A stretch of DNA of 64,000 nucleotides from an uncultured Candidatus Saccharibacteria bacterium (GCA_964651115.1 CAZYXJ010000001.1:106509-170508), one strand, 5' to 3'; positions 39,003-48,108 are shown, counted from the first letter of the stretch. Translations and numbers: made by a program. The notes: generated by a model from the sequence alone, not told the origin.

Positions 39003-39149
39003 CTGAGACTCCTTTCTCGAATCTCGACCTCCCCTGATCCCCACTGGATCAGTCTGGCAACACAATGACATATATTTTTCAGCCTTGCAAGCATGATGTT
39101 TACTGAGTTGAAATCCGGTCGGCTTTTGGTAAGATAAACAAGTCTACAT

Positions 39150-39226
39150 TTGGGAGGGTATAATGGGTTGATAGAAAGAATATTCCGCGATAGCTCATCC
39201 GCCGGCTGGCGGAGGTAGAGCGTCGC
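39150..39226 (+). pseudogene. Tandem duplicate of the tRNA-Asn promoter and 5' half, with a palindrome in the D-loop
   Basis: 77-bp period; TCCGCGATAGCTCA[TCCGCCGGCTGGCGGA]GGTAGAGCG-TCGCT versus TCCGCGATAGCTCA[GTT]GGTAGAGCGCCTCGCT. Confidence 0.85.
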
Positions 39227-39260
39227 TTGGGGGGGTATAATGGGTTGATAGAAAGAATAT

Positions 39261-39333
39261 TCCGCGATAGCTCAGTTGGTAGAGCGCCTCGCTGTTAACG
39301 AGGATGTCCCAGGTTCGAGCCCTGGTCGCGGAG
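39261..39333 (+). tRNA. tRNA-Asn (GTT)
   Basis: Acceptor stem TCCGCGA/TCGCGGA, D arm, anticodon stem CCTCG/CGAGG with GTT at 39294-39296, GGTTCGAGCCC T arm; CCA not encoded. Confidence 0.97.
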
Positions 39334-40959
39334 CCTGACTGACAAAAGTGGCACATGATGCCACTTTTGTCGTATGTGGCCTGGCTTTTTAGAGGTTCGA
39401 GCGTGCTCTATTTCCTGCATAATAGCTTCTCGTGCTTTTATGAGGCTCAAAAAGAAAGAACTGTAAGAAAGCTGGATCTTTTTGTCTGAAATGGTGAGGT
39501 TCGAGCCAAGGCATGCGAGTATCGCTCTTTTGGTCTTTTCATCGCCATTTGCGTACCAAAGGTGGGCGTAGCAGGCAAAGTCAAAGGTTTGCTCTGAAAG
39601 TTCAGCCCATTGTTCTACAGCCTTATTCTTGATCTTCAACTCGTCCTCAAGAAGGCCCTTCTTTCTGAGTAGTTCAGACTTTAAGGACTGGTATTCCTGT
39701 TCGCCGATAACGGTTCGATTCTTGTTTGATGGTGCAGTAAAGTTAAGGGTCAAAGATTGCAGCTGCTGCGTTACTTCTTCACATTCCTTGTGCTTGGTCC
39801 TTATTGCGATTGAATCACTCTCAGCCTCATTCTTGCGGACCTCATGGACATGGCGAACCGCCCAGTCACGATACTCCTCTGAAATTCTTATATCTTTAAG
39901 GATCGCCCCGATCTGTAAGTGTAGTAGTTTTACTTCCACATGCTTTTCAGTACAGCCAGCGTCATATCTCTTTTTGGTGCAGTTGTAGTAAACGTAATGA
40001 TGGACGTTACCGTTCTTGCAACGCTTTACTTTGGCTTGGGCAGTGATGCTGCAACCACAGGTGGCACATTTCATAAGACCAGTAAAAGCAAACATCCTCT
40101 CTTCGTGTCGTGGGCGCGGTTGGTTGGTCCTACCCATAACCTTTTGTACCTGATCAAATTCTTCTTTGGTTACCATCGGCGCGTGCGCTCCTTTATTCCA
40201 ATTACCACTGTGGAGCGGAAACTCAAACCAGCCATAATAAAATGGGTTACCGAGGACTGCATAAATTGCTGATCGAGAAAGATGTTCACCGCCGATATTT
40301 CTACGTGGGACCGTTCGGAGATTCAACTGTTTTCTTGAAATATTCCAAATCTGGGCCATTGAATAATTGCCGGTAAGCGCAAGATCAAAGAGTCTTCGGA
40401 CCAACGGGAATCTATCAGGATCTTTTTCTAAGGTCTTGTAACCCTTTTGTTTATTGGGTGTGTTGAGATATCCAATCGGCGCACCGCTTGGCATCCAACC
40501 ATCTCTCACTTTCTTTTGCAGACCTCGCTTTACATTCACTGATAGGTCTCGAATAAACTGATTGGCCATGCCAAGTTCTACTTGCATCATGAGCACGTTG
40601 TCTGTTGGGTAATAGGTTCGACCGAAGGTAACGATTTGAGATACGGCACTCTGCTGCAACATCCAACTTATCTGGCCACCATCGACAGGATTACGGGCTA
40701 GGCGGTCCAGTTTCCAGCATAGGATGCCATTGGCTTCGCCTTTATAGATCCTCTCAAGCATTGAGTTGAATACCTTCCTACCTGGTTTCTTGGCTGATTG
40801 TGATTCTTCAAGGATATCCAGGATGTGTAAACCTTGATCCTTTGCAATCTTCAAAAGCTCGTCTTTCTGGGCATCTATGGACGCTGCCTGGCGATCTTCT
40901 GCCTCGCTGGATTTACGAGCATAGAGGAAGTATTTAATTGGTTGGTTTGTCTGGTTCAT
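39295..40959 (-). CDS. Large serine recombinase (resolvase, recombinase, Zn-ribbon, coiled coil)
   Basis: YARKS catalytic Ser, EESQSA, LDRLARN, APIGY, NPFYYG, CATCG...C...C; last codons run antisense through the tRNA. Confidence 0.95.
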   Translation of the reverse strand: MNQTNQPIKYFLYARKSSEAEDRQAASIDAQKDELLKIAKDQGLHILDILEESQSAKKPGRKVFNSMLERIYKGEANGILCWKLDRLARNPVDGGQISWMLQQSAVSQIVTFGRTYYPTDNVLMMQVELGMANQFIRDLSVNVKRGLQKKVRDGWMPSGAPIGYLNTPNKQKGYKTLEKDPDRFPLVRRLFDLALTGNYSMAQIWNISRKQLNLRTVPRRNIGGEHLSRSAIYAVLGNPFYYGWFEFPLHSGNWNKGAHAPMVTKEEFDQVQKVMGRTNQPRPRHEERMFAFTGLMKCATCGCSITAQAKVKRCKNGNVHHYVYYNCTKKRYDAGCTEKHVEVKLLHLQIGAILKDIRISEEYRDWAVRHVHEVRKNEAESDSIAIRTKHKECEEVTQQLQSLTLNFTAPSNKNRTVIGEQEYQSLKSELLRKKGLLEDELKIKNKAVEQWAELSEQTFDFACYAHLWYANGDEKTKRAILACLGSNLTISDKKIQLSYSSFFLSLIKAREAIMQEIEHARTSKKPGHIRQKWHHVPLLSVRLRDQGSNLGHPR

Positions 40960-41833
40960 GGTTTATTTGTGTGTCAGGTATGTGGGTCTCATTTACTGGC
41001 TCTGCCCATTTTTCACCGTTTTTTAACGGTGGTTCCGTAGTATCTGATTGGATACTGCCGACTTCCCGTAAATTTCCCGCTATATCGGGAAAATTATCTG
41101 CGTTTTCTGTGGGTCTCACTACCTCACTTAAGGGTATCTTTCCTTCATAGGCTGTCTCAACGACATCATGCCCAGAAGGCTCTTGAATAGCAACTTGTTC
41201 CGGTAGCTGCCACTTATGCATTTTCCTCTTTAGAACATCTCCGATGCTAGTTAAAGAATTCGGGGATTTATTTATTTGGTTAGTTAGAGTATCTACGTTA
41301 ATACTACGGTTTCTACGCTTTCGGATACTACGGAGATGTATATCTGGATACTGCGCAACTGAATCTTTAAGTTTTAGACGCCCTTTAATATGGGCTATGC
41401 TTTTCCAAAAATCGACCGACTTAAAGTAGTACAGGTTCAGTGTTTTGAATCCGCTCTTTGTCTGGACCACACCAAGAATGCTGCACTCAACAAGAAGTCG
41501 GACCGCATTGGCTACATAGTTTCTGTTTTTCTCTCCGGTTAGGTCCTGGATGGTAGTCAGACTTGGCCACGCAACTTGTGTTTGCGTATTTCCATGCTTC
41601 AGAATGGCGCAGTAGACAAGTGTACAAATCTTTGGCAACTTTTCCATATAGCCATGCTCCACAAATTCGTTCTCTACGAAAAACCGAGTTGGTTTTCTCT
41701 TGCCGCGTAACAGGGACCGGTCAATCTGATTCTTCAGTTCCTCGATCTTCGCCTTGTGGTAGGCATGGGCTATCTCCACTTTGTTCTTCTTCGGGTCCAA
41801 CCACTCGAGGAAATACTTCTCGTTGTTGTTCAT
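40934..41833 (-). CDS. Winged-helix (HTH_36-like) putative replication initiator
   Basis: 'LVYCAILKH......AWPSLTTIQDLTG...NYVANAVRLLVECSIL...NLY' typical of phage/plasmid Rep wHTH; disordered C-terminus. Confidence 0.65.
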   Translation of the reverse strand: MNNNEKYFLEWLDPKKNKVEIAHAYHKAKIEELKNQIDRSLLRGKRKPTRFFVENEFVEHGYMEKLPKICTLVYCAILKHGNTQTQVAWPSLTTIQDLTGEKNRNYVANAVRLLVECSILGVVQTKSGFKTLNLYYFKSVDFWKSIAHIKGRLKLKDSVAQYPDIHLRSIRKRRNRSINVDTLTNQINKSPNSLTSIGDVLKRKMHKWQLPEQVAIQEPSGHDVVETAYEGKIPLSEVVRPTENADNFPDIAGNLREVGSIQSDTTEPPLKNGEKWAEPVNETHIPDTQINHEPDKPTN

Positions 41834-41990
41834 ATTCTTTAAGCCACACCTTTTTGACAGGCCGATAGACAAGGTCAAAGACGGTTAGGAGTTTAGTTGC
41901 TTCTTCAACGAGGACTTCATCGGATGGGACCTCGCCATGTTCCTGGCGGTAAATTTCCCGATATTCGTCTAGCGCTTGTTTGCTTAGCAT
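41721..41990 (-). CDS. Small helical protein, first gene of the Rep-recombinase operon
   Basis: Aligns by eye with 53314-53538 (L..Y/F..IY/LY...S.......T.LLT....VY.P). Confidence 0.65.
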   Translation of the reverse strand: MLSKQALDEYREIYRQEHGEVPSDEVLVEEATKLLTVFDLVYRPVKKVWLKEYEQQREVFPRVVGPEEEQSGDSPCLPQGEDRGTEESD

Positions 41991-42041
41991 GATGATGTAG
42001 TTGTTTGGTTAATAATTTCGACCGTTATTGAGATCTTCCTG

Positions 42042-42115
42042 AAAACAGAAAGAGCTGAGTCCCAGTTGCAAGTGACTCAGCTCTTTCCGTGCAACTGGAA
42101 GTGTTATGTATCGTA
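42042..42115 (-). promoter_or_regulatory. Leader with terminator hairpin and competing pairing (attenuator-like)
   Basis: 14-bp stem 42048-42061/42074-42087 followed by TGTTTT; loop 42062-42070 complementary to 42090-42098; TACGAT at 42110-42115. Confidence 0.65.
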
Positions 42116-42452
42116 GACCCAATTTCGTGCAAAATTGCGTGCATTACTTTTGGACCGTCCGATTTGTCTATTCTGAAGCCCTATTAATCCCTAACTGCAG
42201 GAATTACTTCGGACCAAAGAACTACTTAATCCTAGTGCTTAAAAAAAGCAAAACATGGTGTATTACTTTTTATGGCTAGGATTATGGGTTTATCCTAAGA
42301 GATATAAAGTTCCTAACTGTAGGAATTACTCTTACCTCTTAGAACTGTCTTAATCCTATTGTCAAAAAAGTGAAAAATGCGTTGCATTACTTTCATCTCC
42401 TTAGACAGTCATATCCTAAAATCAAATGTGGTGCATTTCGGTGTGCATTACT
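42110..42452 (-). repeat. Six-unit ~61-bp degenerate array (AGTAAT-N27-TAGGAT)
   Basis: ATTACT at 42143, 42203, 42262, 42325, 42386, 42447; ATCCTA-like hexamer 27-28 nt before each. Confidence 0.8.
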
Positions 42453-42586
42453 TTTCCTTTAGGACCAGGTAAGTATGAGGTCCCAATAAGTGCAAATTAG
42501 TGGGTATTGGCCGAGACAACGTAAAAAGCCCTGAATAGGCTTGGAAAAGCGTACACAGGGCAATTTAGGGGCTAATTACGGGCCTT

Positions 42587-45568
42587 TTACTTCTTCATTT
42601 TCTTAATCACATACTCGAATACGCGCTCTTGCACAAACTTCTTAAGCTCAGGACTCTGGTCTAACTTTTGATACAAGCTAAAGTGTTTATCGAGCACGCT
42701 GACGAGCTCATCTTGGAACAGCTGGTCGAATTTCAACTTCGCCGCATCCTTGCTGTTGTTCATGACTGAACCCTGAAGAACCTCGCTTTCAAGAAGTCGC
42801 TTACTTAGATCGTTGAGAATAACCCTGTCTCCATCATTGAAGTTTGTACCATACCGATCATTAACTTCTTTGATGATTCGTGACAAAGCGTCCCTTTCAT
42901 CTTCAGAAAGAGTCTTGGCATCACCACCACCCATCGGTTCGATAATACCTTCTGCATTTTCAAGCTGAAGATGCATCTCACCCTTCTTTTCTATTCTGTA
43001 TGTTTCCATGTCTATTGCTTGGAGTACTTCGTATGGCAATGGATTTTCTCTCTTTGGAAGCTTTCTAATCAAGTACTTCAAGAAGATAAATAACTTTTCT
43101 AATTGTGGATCTTCAAACGTCACAATCTGAGATATGAAAGCGTATTTTTTAAGGTAGTCGAAAGCTGTAGATTTGAAACCTTCCATTTCTTCTTCGGTAA
43201 GATTCTCATTGTTGATTCGAGAGACTACACTGTCAATGATGTGATTCAACTTGTCAGGAGTTGCTCGGGAGTAAAGTTCATCAATAAATCCATTCACTTC
43301 AAAGTCGGTGAAGAATTTAAAGCCTCGCACGTCGCGCTCAAGATCATGCAGGATATTTGGGTCAGTCGCCTCTGATAGGACCGTAGTTGTGTAATAAGGC
43401 TGGAAAGCTTCTTTGATGTCATCTGTTTGATTTACGAAATCTAGCACAAAGGTGTCGTCTTTTCCGTACGTAGTTCGGTTGAGACGAGACAAAGTCTGGA
43501 CCGCACTTACACCGCCAAGTTTCTTATCTACGTACATCACCGACAAGAGTGGCTGGTCAAATCCAGTCTGGAACTTCTCAGCTACAATCAAGAATTTATA
43601 ATCATCATTCTTAAATTCTTCAGCAGTTTGACTCTCTGGGACCTTATTCATCTGTCCTTCCGTATACTCAAGCTTAGTATCAACATCCTTAACTGTTCCC
43701 GAGAAAGCCACGAGAGCTTTATGCCCATATCCTTTTTCTTTGAGGTACTTATCAAACGCGATCTTATATCTGACCGCATGAAGTCGTGACTTGGTTACTA
43801 CCATAGCCTTTGCCTTTCCATTGATAAGTGAGGAAATCTTTTCTTCAAAGTGCTCCACCATAATAGCCACCTTCTTATCGATTGCATGTTCGTGTCGCTC
43901 GACATAGCCAACCATGAGTCGCTGGGCTTTCTTTTTATCGAACTCAGGGTCATCCTCAACTTTCTTCAAAAGCCCAAAGTAGGTTTCGTATGTTGTGTAG
44001 TTTTTGAGCACATCAAGAATAAACTTCTCTTCAATCGCTTGCTTCATTGAGTAAAGGGAGAAGGGGCCGAATTTACCAGTTAAAGGATCTTCAGTACCAA
44101 AGAGTTCAAGTGTTTTTTGCTTTGGAGTTGCAGTAAATGCAAAGAATGACAGATTTGGAGACGATACCTTTCGGGCTTTCATGCGTTCAACAATCTGATC
44201 TTCAATTGTTTTGAATAATTTCTCTTCTTCCTGGCTTTCTTTTTCAGCTTCATCGAGAGTGAGGACCTGGCGTAGATCGGCGGCTGATTCTCCTGATTGA
44301 GATGAGTGTGCCTCGTCAATAATGACAGCAAACTTTCTACCCTCAACTTTTTCTATGGCATCCACAATAACCGGAAACTTCTGCAAAGTTGTAGTGATAA
44401 TCTTTACACCCGACTCAAGGGACTCCTTGAGCTCTTTACCACCGTTTTCTACATGCTTAACCAGGCCAGTAACTTGGCTAAAGCTTTTAACTGTATCTGA
44501 AAGCTGTCTATCGAGTACACGTCGATCAGTTACAACTATCACGCCGTCAAAAACATTCTTTCCTTCAGTGTCGTGGAGCTCGGCCAATCGGTGTGCAGTC
44601 CAAGCGATAGTATTACTCTTTCCGGAACCAGCGCTGTGCTGGATTAGGTAGTTCTTACCTGAGCCATGTATCCTGGTATCCTCGACAATGCGTTTTACCG
44701 TCTCGAGCTGGTGATATCGAGGAAAGATAACTTTTTCTTCTTTACGCTTTTTACCATTCTTATCTTCCTTTTCTTCAGTCACTTCTTGTATGAAGTTTCC
44801 AATCAAATCAAAGATGCTATCTTTGGACCAGATTTCTTCCCAGAGATAGTGAGTCTTATATTTGCCCTTAGGTGCTTCAGGATTGCCTGACGACCCTTTA
44901 TTGCCCTTATTAAAGGGTAAGAAGTAGGTAGTGAGACCGGTGATACGGGTCGTCATATACGCCTGTTCTGTATCGAGCGCAAAGTGTGTGAGGCATCGCT
45001 TGAATGTTATAAGCTTCTCCTTTTGGTCGCGGTCCGTCTTGTACTGCGAAATGGCATTGATAACATTTTGGCCTGTGAACTGATTTTTGAGTTCAGAAGT
45101 AAACAGAGGGAGTCCATTCACAAAGATCACCATGTCTATGGAGTTCTCGTTTTTAGCGCTGTACTTTACCTGACGCATTACGCTCAAAATGTTCCCTGCG
45201 TAGTCTGCAAGGGTCTCAGGATTCTTGTCATTCTCTGGCTTGAAGTATGCAAGGCGGATTATGACACCTCGATCCTTTACTCCCTCCCTGAGCACACTGA
45301 GAAGACCACGAGAAAGAAGCTCTTCATCTAACCTAGCCAAGAATCTTTCAGCGACACTGTCTCCATATTGTTCAACAAGTTTTTCCCAATTATCTTTCTG
45401 GGTACTCTGAATAAACTCCAGGACCAGTTCAGTATCCATGCAGAGTTCCTTGTTGTATGAAGAATTAGAACGCTTTCGGTAGTTATGCAGACTTACAAGC
45501 TCCTGCTCGATAAATTCTTCAAATCCTGATTCTTTTGTATTGGTTTTTGTTGTCATGTTATTCGGCAT
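42587..45568 (-). CDS. hsdR: Type I restriction endonuclease subunit R
   Basis: D...FVNGLPL...ELKN nuclease motif, QHSAGSGKS, DEAHSSQ, FTATPK, QTGFDQP, QTLSRLNR. Confidence 0.96.
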   Translation of the reverse strand: MPNNMTTKTNTKESGFEEFIEQELVSLHNYRKRSNSSYNKELCMDTELVLEFIQSTQKDNWEKLVEQYGDSVAERFLARLDEELLSRGLLSVLREGVKDRGVIIRLAYFKPENDKNPETLADYAGNILSVMRQVKYSAKNENSIDMVIFVNGLPLFTSELKNQFTGQNVINAISQYKTDRDQKEKLITFKRCLTHFALDTEQAYMTTRITGLTTYFLPFNKGNKGSSGNPEAPKGKYKTHYLWEEIWSKDSIFDLIGNFIQEVTEEKEDKNGKKRKEEKVIFPRYHQLETVKRIVEDTRIHGSGKNYLIQHSAGSGKSNTIAWTAHRLAELHDTEGKNVFDGVIVVTDRRVLDRQLSDTVKSFSQVTGLVKHVENGGKELKESLESGVKIITTTLQKFPVIVDAIEKVEGRKFAVIIDEAHSSQSGESAADLRQVLTLDEAEKESQEEEKLFKTIEDQIVERMKARKVSSPNLSFFAFTATPKQKTLELFGTEDPLTGKFGPFSLYSMKQAIEEKFILDVLKNYTTYETYFGLLKKVEDDPEFDKKKAQRLMVGYVERHEHAIDKKVAIMVEHFEEKISSLINGKAKAMVVTKSRLHAVRYKIAFDKYLKEKGYGHKALVAFSGTVKDVDTKLEYTEGQMNKVPESQTAEEFKNDDYKFLIVAEKFQTGFDQPLLSVMYVDKKLGGVSAVQTLSRLNRTTYGKDDTFVLDFVNQTDDIKEAFQPYYTTTVLSEATDPNILHDLERDVRGFKFFTDFEVNGFIDELYSRATPDKLNHIIDSVVSRINNENLTEEEMEGFKSTAFDYLKKYAFISQIVTFEDPQLEKLFIFLKYLIRKLPKRENPLPYEVLQAIDMETYRIEKKGEMHLQLENAEGIIEPMGGGDAKTLSEDERDALSRIIKEVNDRYGTNFNDGDRVILNDLSKRLLESEVLQGSVMNNSKDAAKLKFDQLFQDELVSVLDKHFSLYQKLDQSPELKKFVQERVFEYVIKKMKK

Positions 45569-46799
45569 AAATGTTATAGATCAAATGATGTATTCTTATC
45601 GTCTTACCTGAATCCTCGGGGAGGGTGTGATCGGACACAAAGTGATTGCTACTCAATTGCTTGAACCCCGATTTATATTGCGGGTGCCTCTGGATGATCT
45701 CTGGTATCTGGGCCAATATCTTTGAAAAATCTTTATTTTTTGAAAACATAATTACTACGCCGTAATTTTGTCTCCAGGTAACATATCCCATTAATTGATC
45801 TACAGTATCTAGATATACCTTTTCTCCACCCCAATTTTTGCATTCAAAAATAAGAATTTCTCCCTTCTCAATCTTAAGGTGTATGTCAGTTTTACCTTTC
45901 TTAACAAAAGTCTCTCCCGTAGCATCTCCTTCAAAGATGCCATTCAGGGCAGAAAGGATCACATCTCGAAGTTGCTCTTCTCCTAATTGCTTATATGCCC
46001 CAGGAGTCCGCTCAAAGGTCCGGCATTGATTATCAACGAATCCTAAAATGTCTTTCAGGATCGGTTCCTCGAGCGTATACTCGGCTGGCAATTTAGGGGT
46101 TGGTTTTACAACATGGACAAACTTTTTTACGTCAACGCGAATTTTTGTGGCAGAAGGACCAGGCTTCTGCTTTAGTGGTATTTTTATCTTCTGAGTCAGC
46201 GTGCTTAGTTTTTCCTTGTCGCTTACCAACTTTTCTTTTCGTTTAGCAATTCCATCTTTTATTGTTTTCAAGAGAAGTGCGTTTCCAGATTCAATACTAG
46301 AGTTTTTCTGATTTAAACTCTCAATTAGTCTTTGGGATTTTGTGTTGATTTCATTCGCGATACTATCTTCATTCGAGTGGCCGCCATACCACTTAACGTC
46401 AAAAGAAAATGAGATCTCATTTTGACCATAGACCACTCTTTTATCAAATCCATCCATGTGGTGTACGGGACCCGATAACTTCTTTAGCCAATCTAAATTA
46501 GGGTTAGTCTCTATGGGTAAGGAAACTACTGCGGATTCATATTCAAAATCGAGATCGCCGTCATGTCGGTAAAATTCATCACGTTGATGAGCTGGTACTC
46601 GTCGGACTTCCTTTTTCATTTCATATGATAAATCAGCTGAATCAAATGTTAGTGGAACTAAACCGTATTTTTGACAATGAAAAGCTGCAAGATCATCTAT
46701 TTCCGATCCTAAGATTTGTTCATCAGATTCCCTCAAGATGTCTTGATTAAACATCTCTATTGCTTTTCTATAATAATCGTCAAAAGTTGGTCCAAACAT
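45558..46799 (-). CDS. Coiled-coil protein with C-terminal PD-(D/E)xK nuclease-like domain
   Basis: EEQLRD...GETF...GKTDI.....IFECK.W......DQLMGY. Confidence 0.7.
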   Translation of the reverse strand: MFGPTFDDYYRKAIEMFNQDILRESDEQILGSEIDDLAAFHCQKYGLVPLTFDSADLSYEMKKEVRRVPAHQRDEFYRHDGDLDFEYESAVVSLPIETNPNLDWLKKLSGPVHHMDGFDKRVVYGQNEISFSFDVKWYGGHSNEDSIANEINTKSQRLIESLNQKNSSIESGNALLLKTIKDGIAKRKEKLVSDKEKLSTLTQKIKIPLKQKPGPSATKIRVDVKKFVHVVKPTPKLPAEYTLEEPILKDILGFVDNQCRTFERTPGAYKQLGEEQLRDVILSALNGIFEGDATGETFVKKGKTDIHLKIEKGEILIFECKNWGGEKVYLDTVDQLMGYVTWRQNYGVVIMFSKNKDFSKILAQIPEIIQRHPQYKSGFKQLSSNHFVSDHTLPEDSGKTIRIHHLIYNIYAE

Positions 46800-46803
46800 A
46801 TAT

Positions 46804-48108
46804 TTATATTTTAATTTTCCCTGTTACAACGTTTGATATCAGTGAGAACTTAAACTCCTTAAGACTCAAAATTGTTTTTTCGACCTTCTTTATGGCCTCG
46901 TCAAAAAGAGGGATCTTTTTGTTCAAAACGTTAAGTATCTTTTCTTGCTCCTTTATTGGAGGTAGTGCAATTAGAAAATCCTTATACTTCTCAGCACTCA
47001 CATTTTGTATTGTTGATCGAATAAATATTGAATTAATCCATTTCCAGTAGTAGTCAGACTTTGTTATGTATTCCAAATATTCAGAACTGATCTTCTTTTG
47101 ATTAACGTTCATTCTTATCAAGTATCCGGCATAGCAGCAGGGACCCCACTCTTTTTTATATCTAAAAGATTTTCCAACCGTACCACCTGTTCTTGCAAAC
47201 AAAATATCACCCTCTTCCAGAAGATATGGCTTAGCAAGTTCAAGATCCAAAGACTTAAACGTGTCTTCTCTTAAATTACCCGCTTCATCAATATCGCTGA
47301 TTCTTATGAATCTAGGTTGAGATTTATCATTGTGTAATCCCGCTTCATTAGCTCCGTACTGAAGTGGTTTCTTTGCAAGGAATTTCATTTTTTGAATTTC
47401 CCATCCTTCTGGTATTTCTTTAAAGCTGCTTATTTTGGTTTTAATAAAATTCGCTTTCGAATCAGTCCCTTTTGTTACAGCAAGGTTAATAGCAGCTAAT
47501 CGTTTCTCGTTTAATAAACCGATTTGCTTTTGTTTTTTCTCTACAATTTCATCTAGACAGACAGTTTTTTTATCAAGATACACTGCAATCTTTTTTTGCT
47601 GCTCTGGACTAGGAATACTTATCATTATTCTCTTCATTTCACTCTCTCGGGTGGTCCAGAGATCATCAACAATGCCTCGTCCCCAGCGGTAAAATTCTTC
47701 TGAAAAAAGTTTACTCCTAAACAAGTAATGGAAATACTTTGAATCGAATGATTGGTCTCTTTTTCTTAGAACATTGTAAACAAGAGAAACACCACCTTCG
47801 TACTCAGACATCCCAACAGCACCCTTTCTGTCTGATCGACCGTTGATAGCAATATCACCAACTTTTACGAGCTTGCGCAAACTGCCCTCTGCAACTTTAG
47901 CTGCATTATCAATTTGCTTTTTAATTCCATCGTAAGTAACCGACAATGGTTCGTGCGTAACTTCTGTGACTTTTTGATTTGGAAAATCAAAAATAGAGAC
48001 AACTTTCGACACACCCCATTCTTTAGGAACTTTACCCAACCACTCAACGCCTGAATCTTTGTATTCAGGATACTTCTCATATTTCTTTGTGAGTTTGAGT
48101 GTTTGCAT
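46804..48108 (-). CDS. hsdS: Type I R-M specificity subunit S
   Basis: YKDSGVEWLGKVP..W, two TRDs, P...EQ..I conserved repeats, VTGK. Confidence 0.95.
   Translation of the reverse strand: MQTLKLTKKYEKYPEYKDSGVEWLGKVPKEWGVSKVVSIFDFPNQKVTEVTHEPLSVTYDGIKKQIDNAAKVAEGSLRKLVKVGDIAINGRSDRKGAVGMSEYEGGVSLVYNVLRKRDQSFDSKYFHYLFRSKLFSEEFYRWGRGIVDDLWTTRESEMKRIMISIPSPEQQKKIAVYLDKKTVCLDEIVEKKQKQIGLLNEKRLAAINLAVTKGTDSKANFIKTKISSFKEIPEGWEIQKMKFLAKKPLQYGANEAGLHNDKSQPRFIRISDIDEAGNLREDTFKSLDLELAKPYLLEEGDILFARTGGTVGKSFRYKKEWGPCCYAGYLIRMNVNQKKISSEYLEYITKSDYYWKWINSIFIRSTIQNVSAEKYKDFLIALPPIKEQEKILNVLNKKIPLFDEAIKKVEKTILSLKEFKFSLISNVVTGKIKI

Noticed and set aside
39184-39226. Second functional tRNA, or an intron-containing tRNA
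   Set aside because: It has no anticodon loop, T arm or 3' acceptor strand of its own; it is a truncated duplicate.
42110-42452. CRISPR or TIGR array
   Set aside because: Conserved parts are only 6-nt motifs rather than 23-47-nt identical repeats, the period is ~61 nt, and no Cas or Nop-domain gene is recognisable nearby.
42150-42485. CsrB-like sponge RNA (many AGGA motifs on the minus strand, csrA nearby)
   Set aside because: The AGGA motifs are explained by the array hexamer and often lie in stems rather than loops, and csrA is outside the island. Kept only as a remote possibility.
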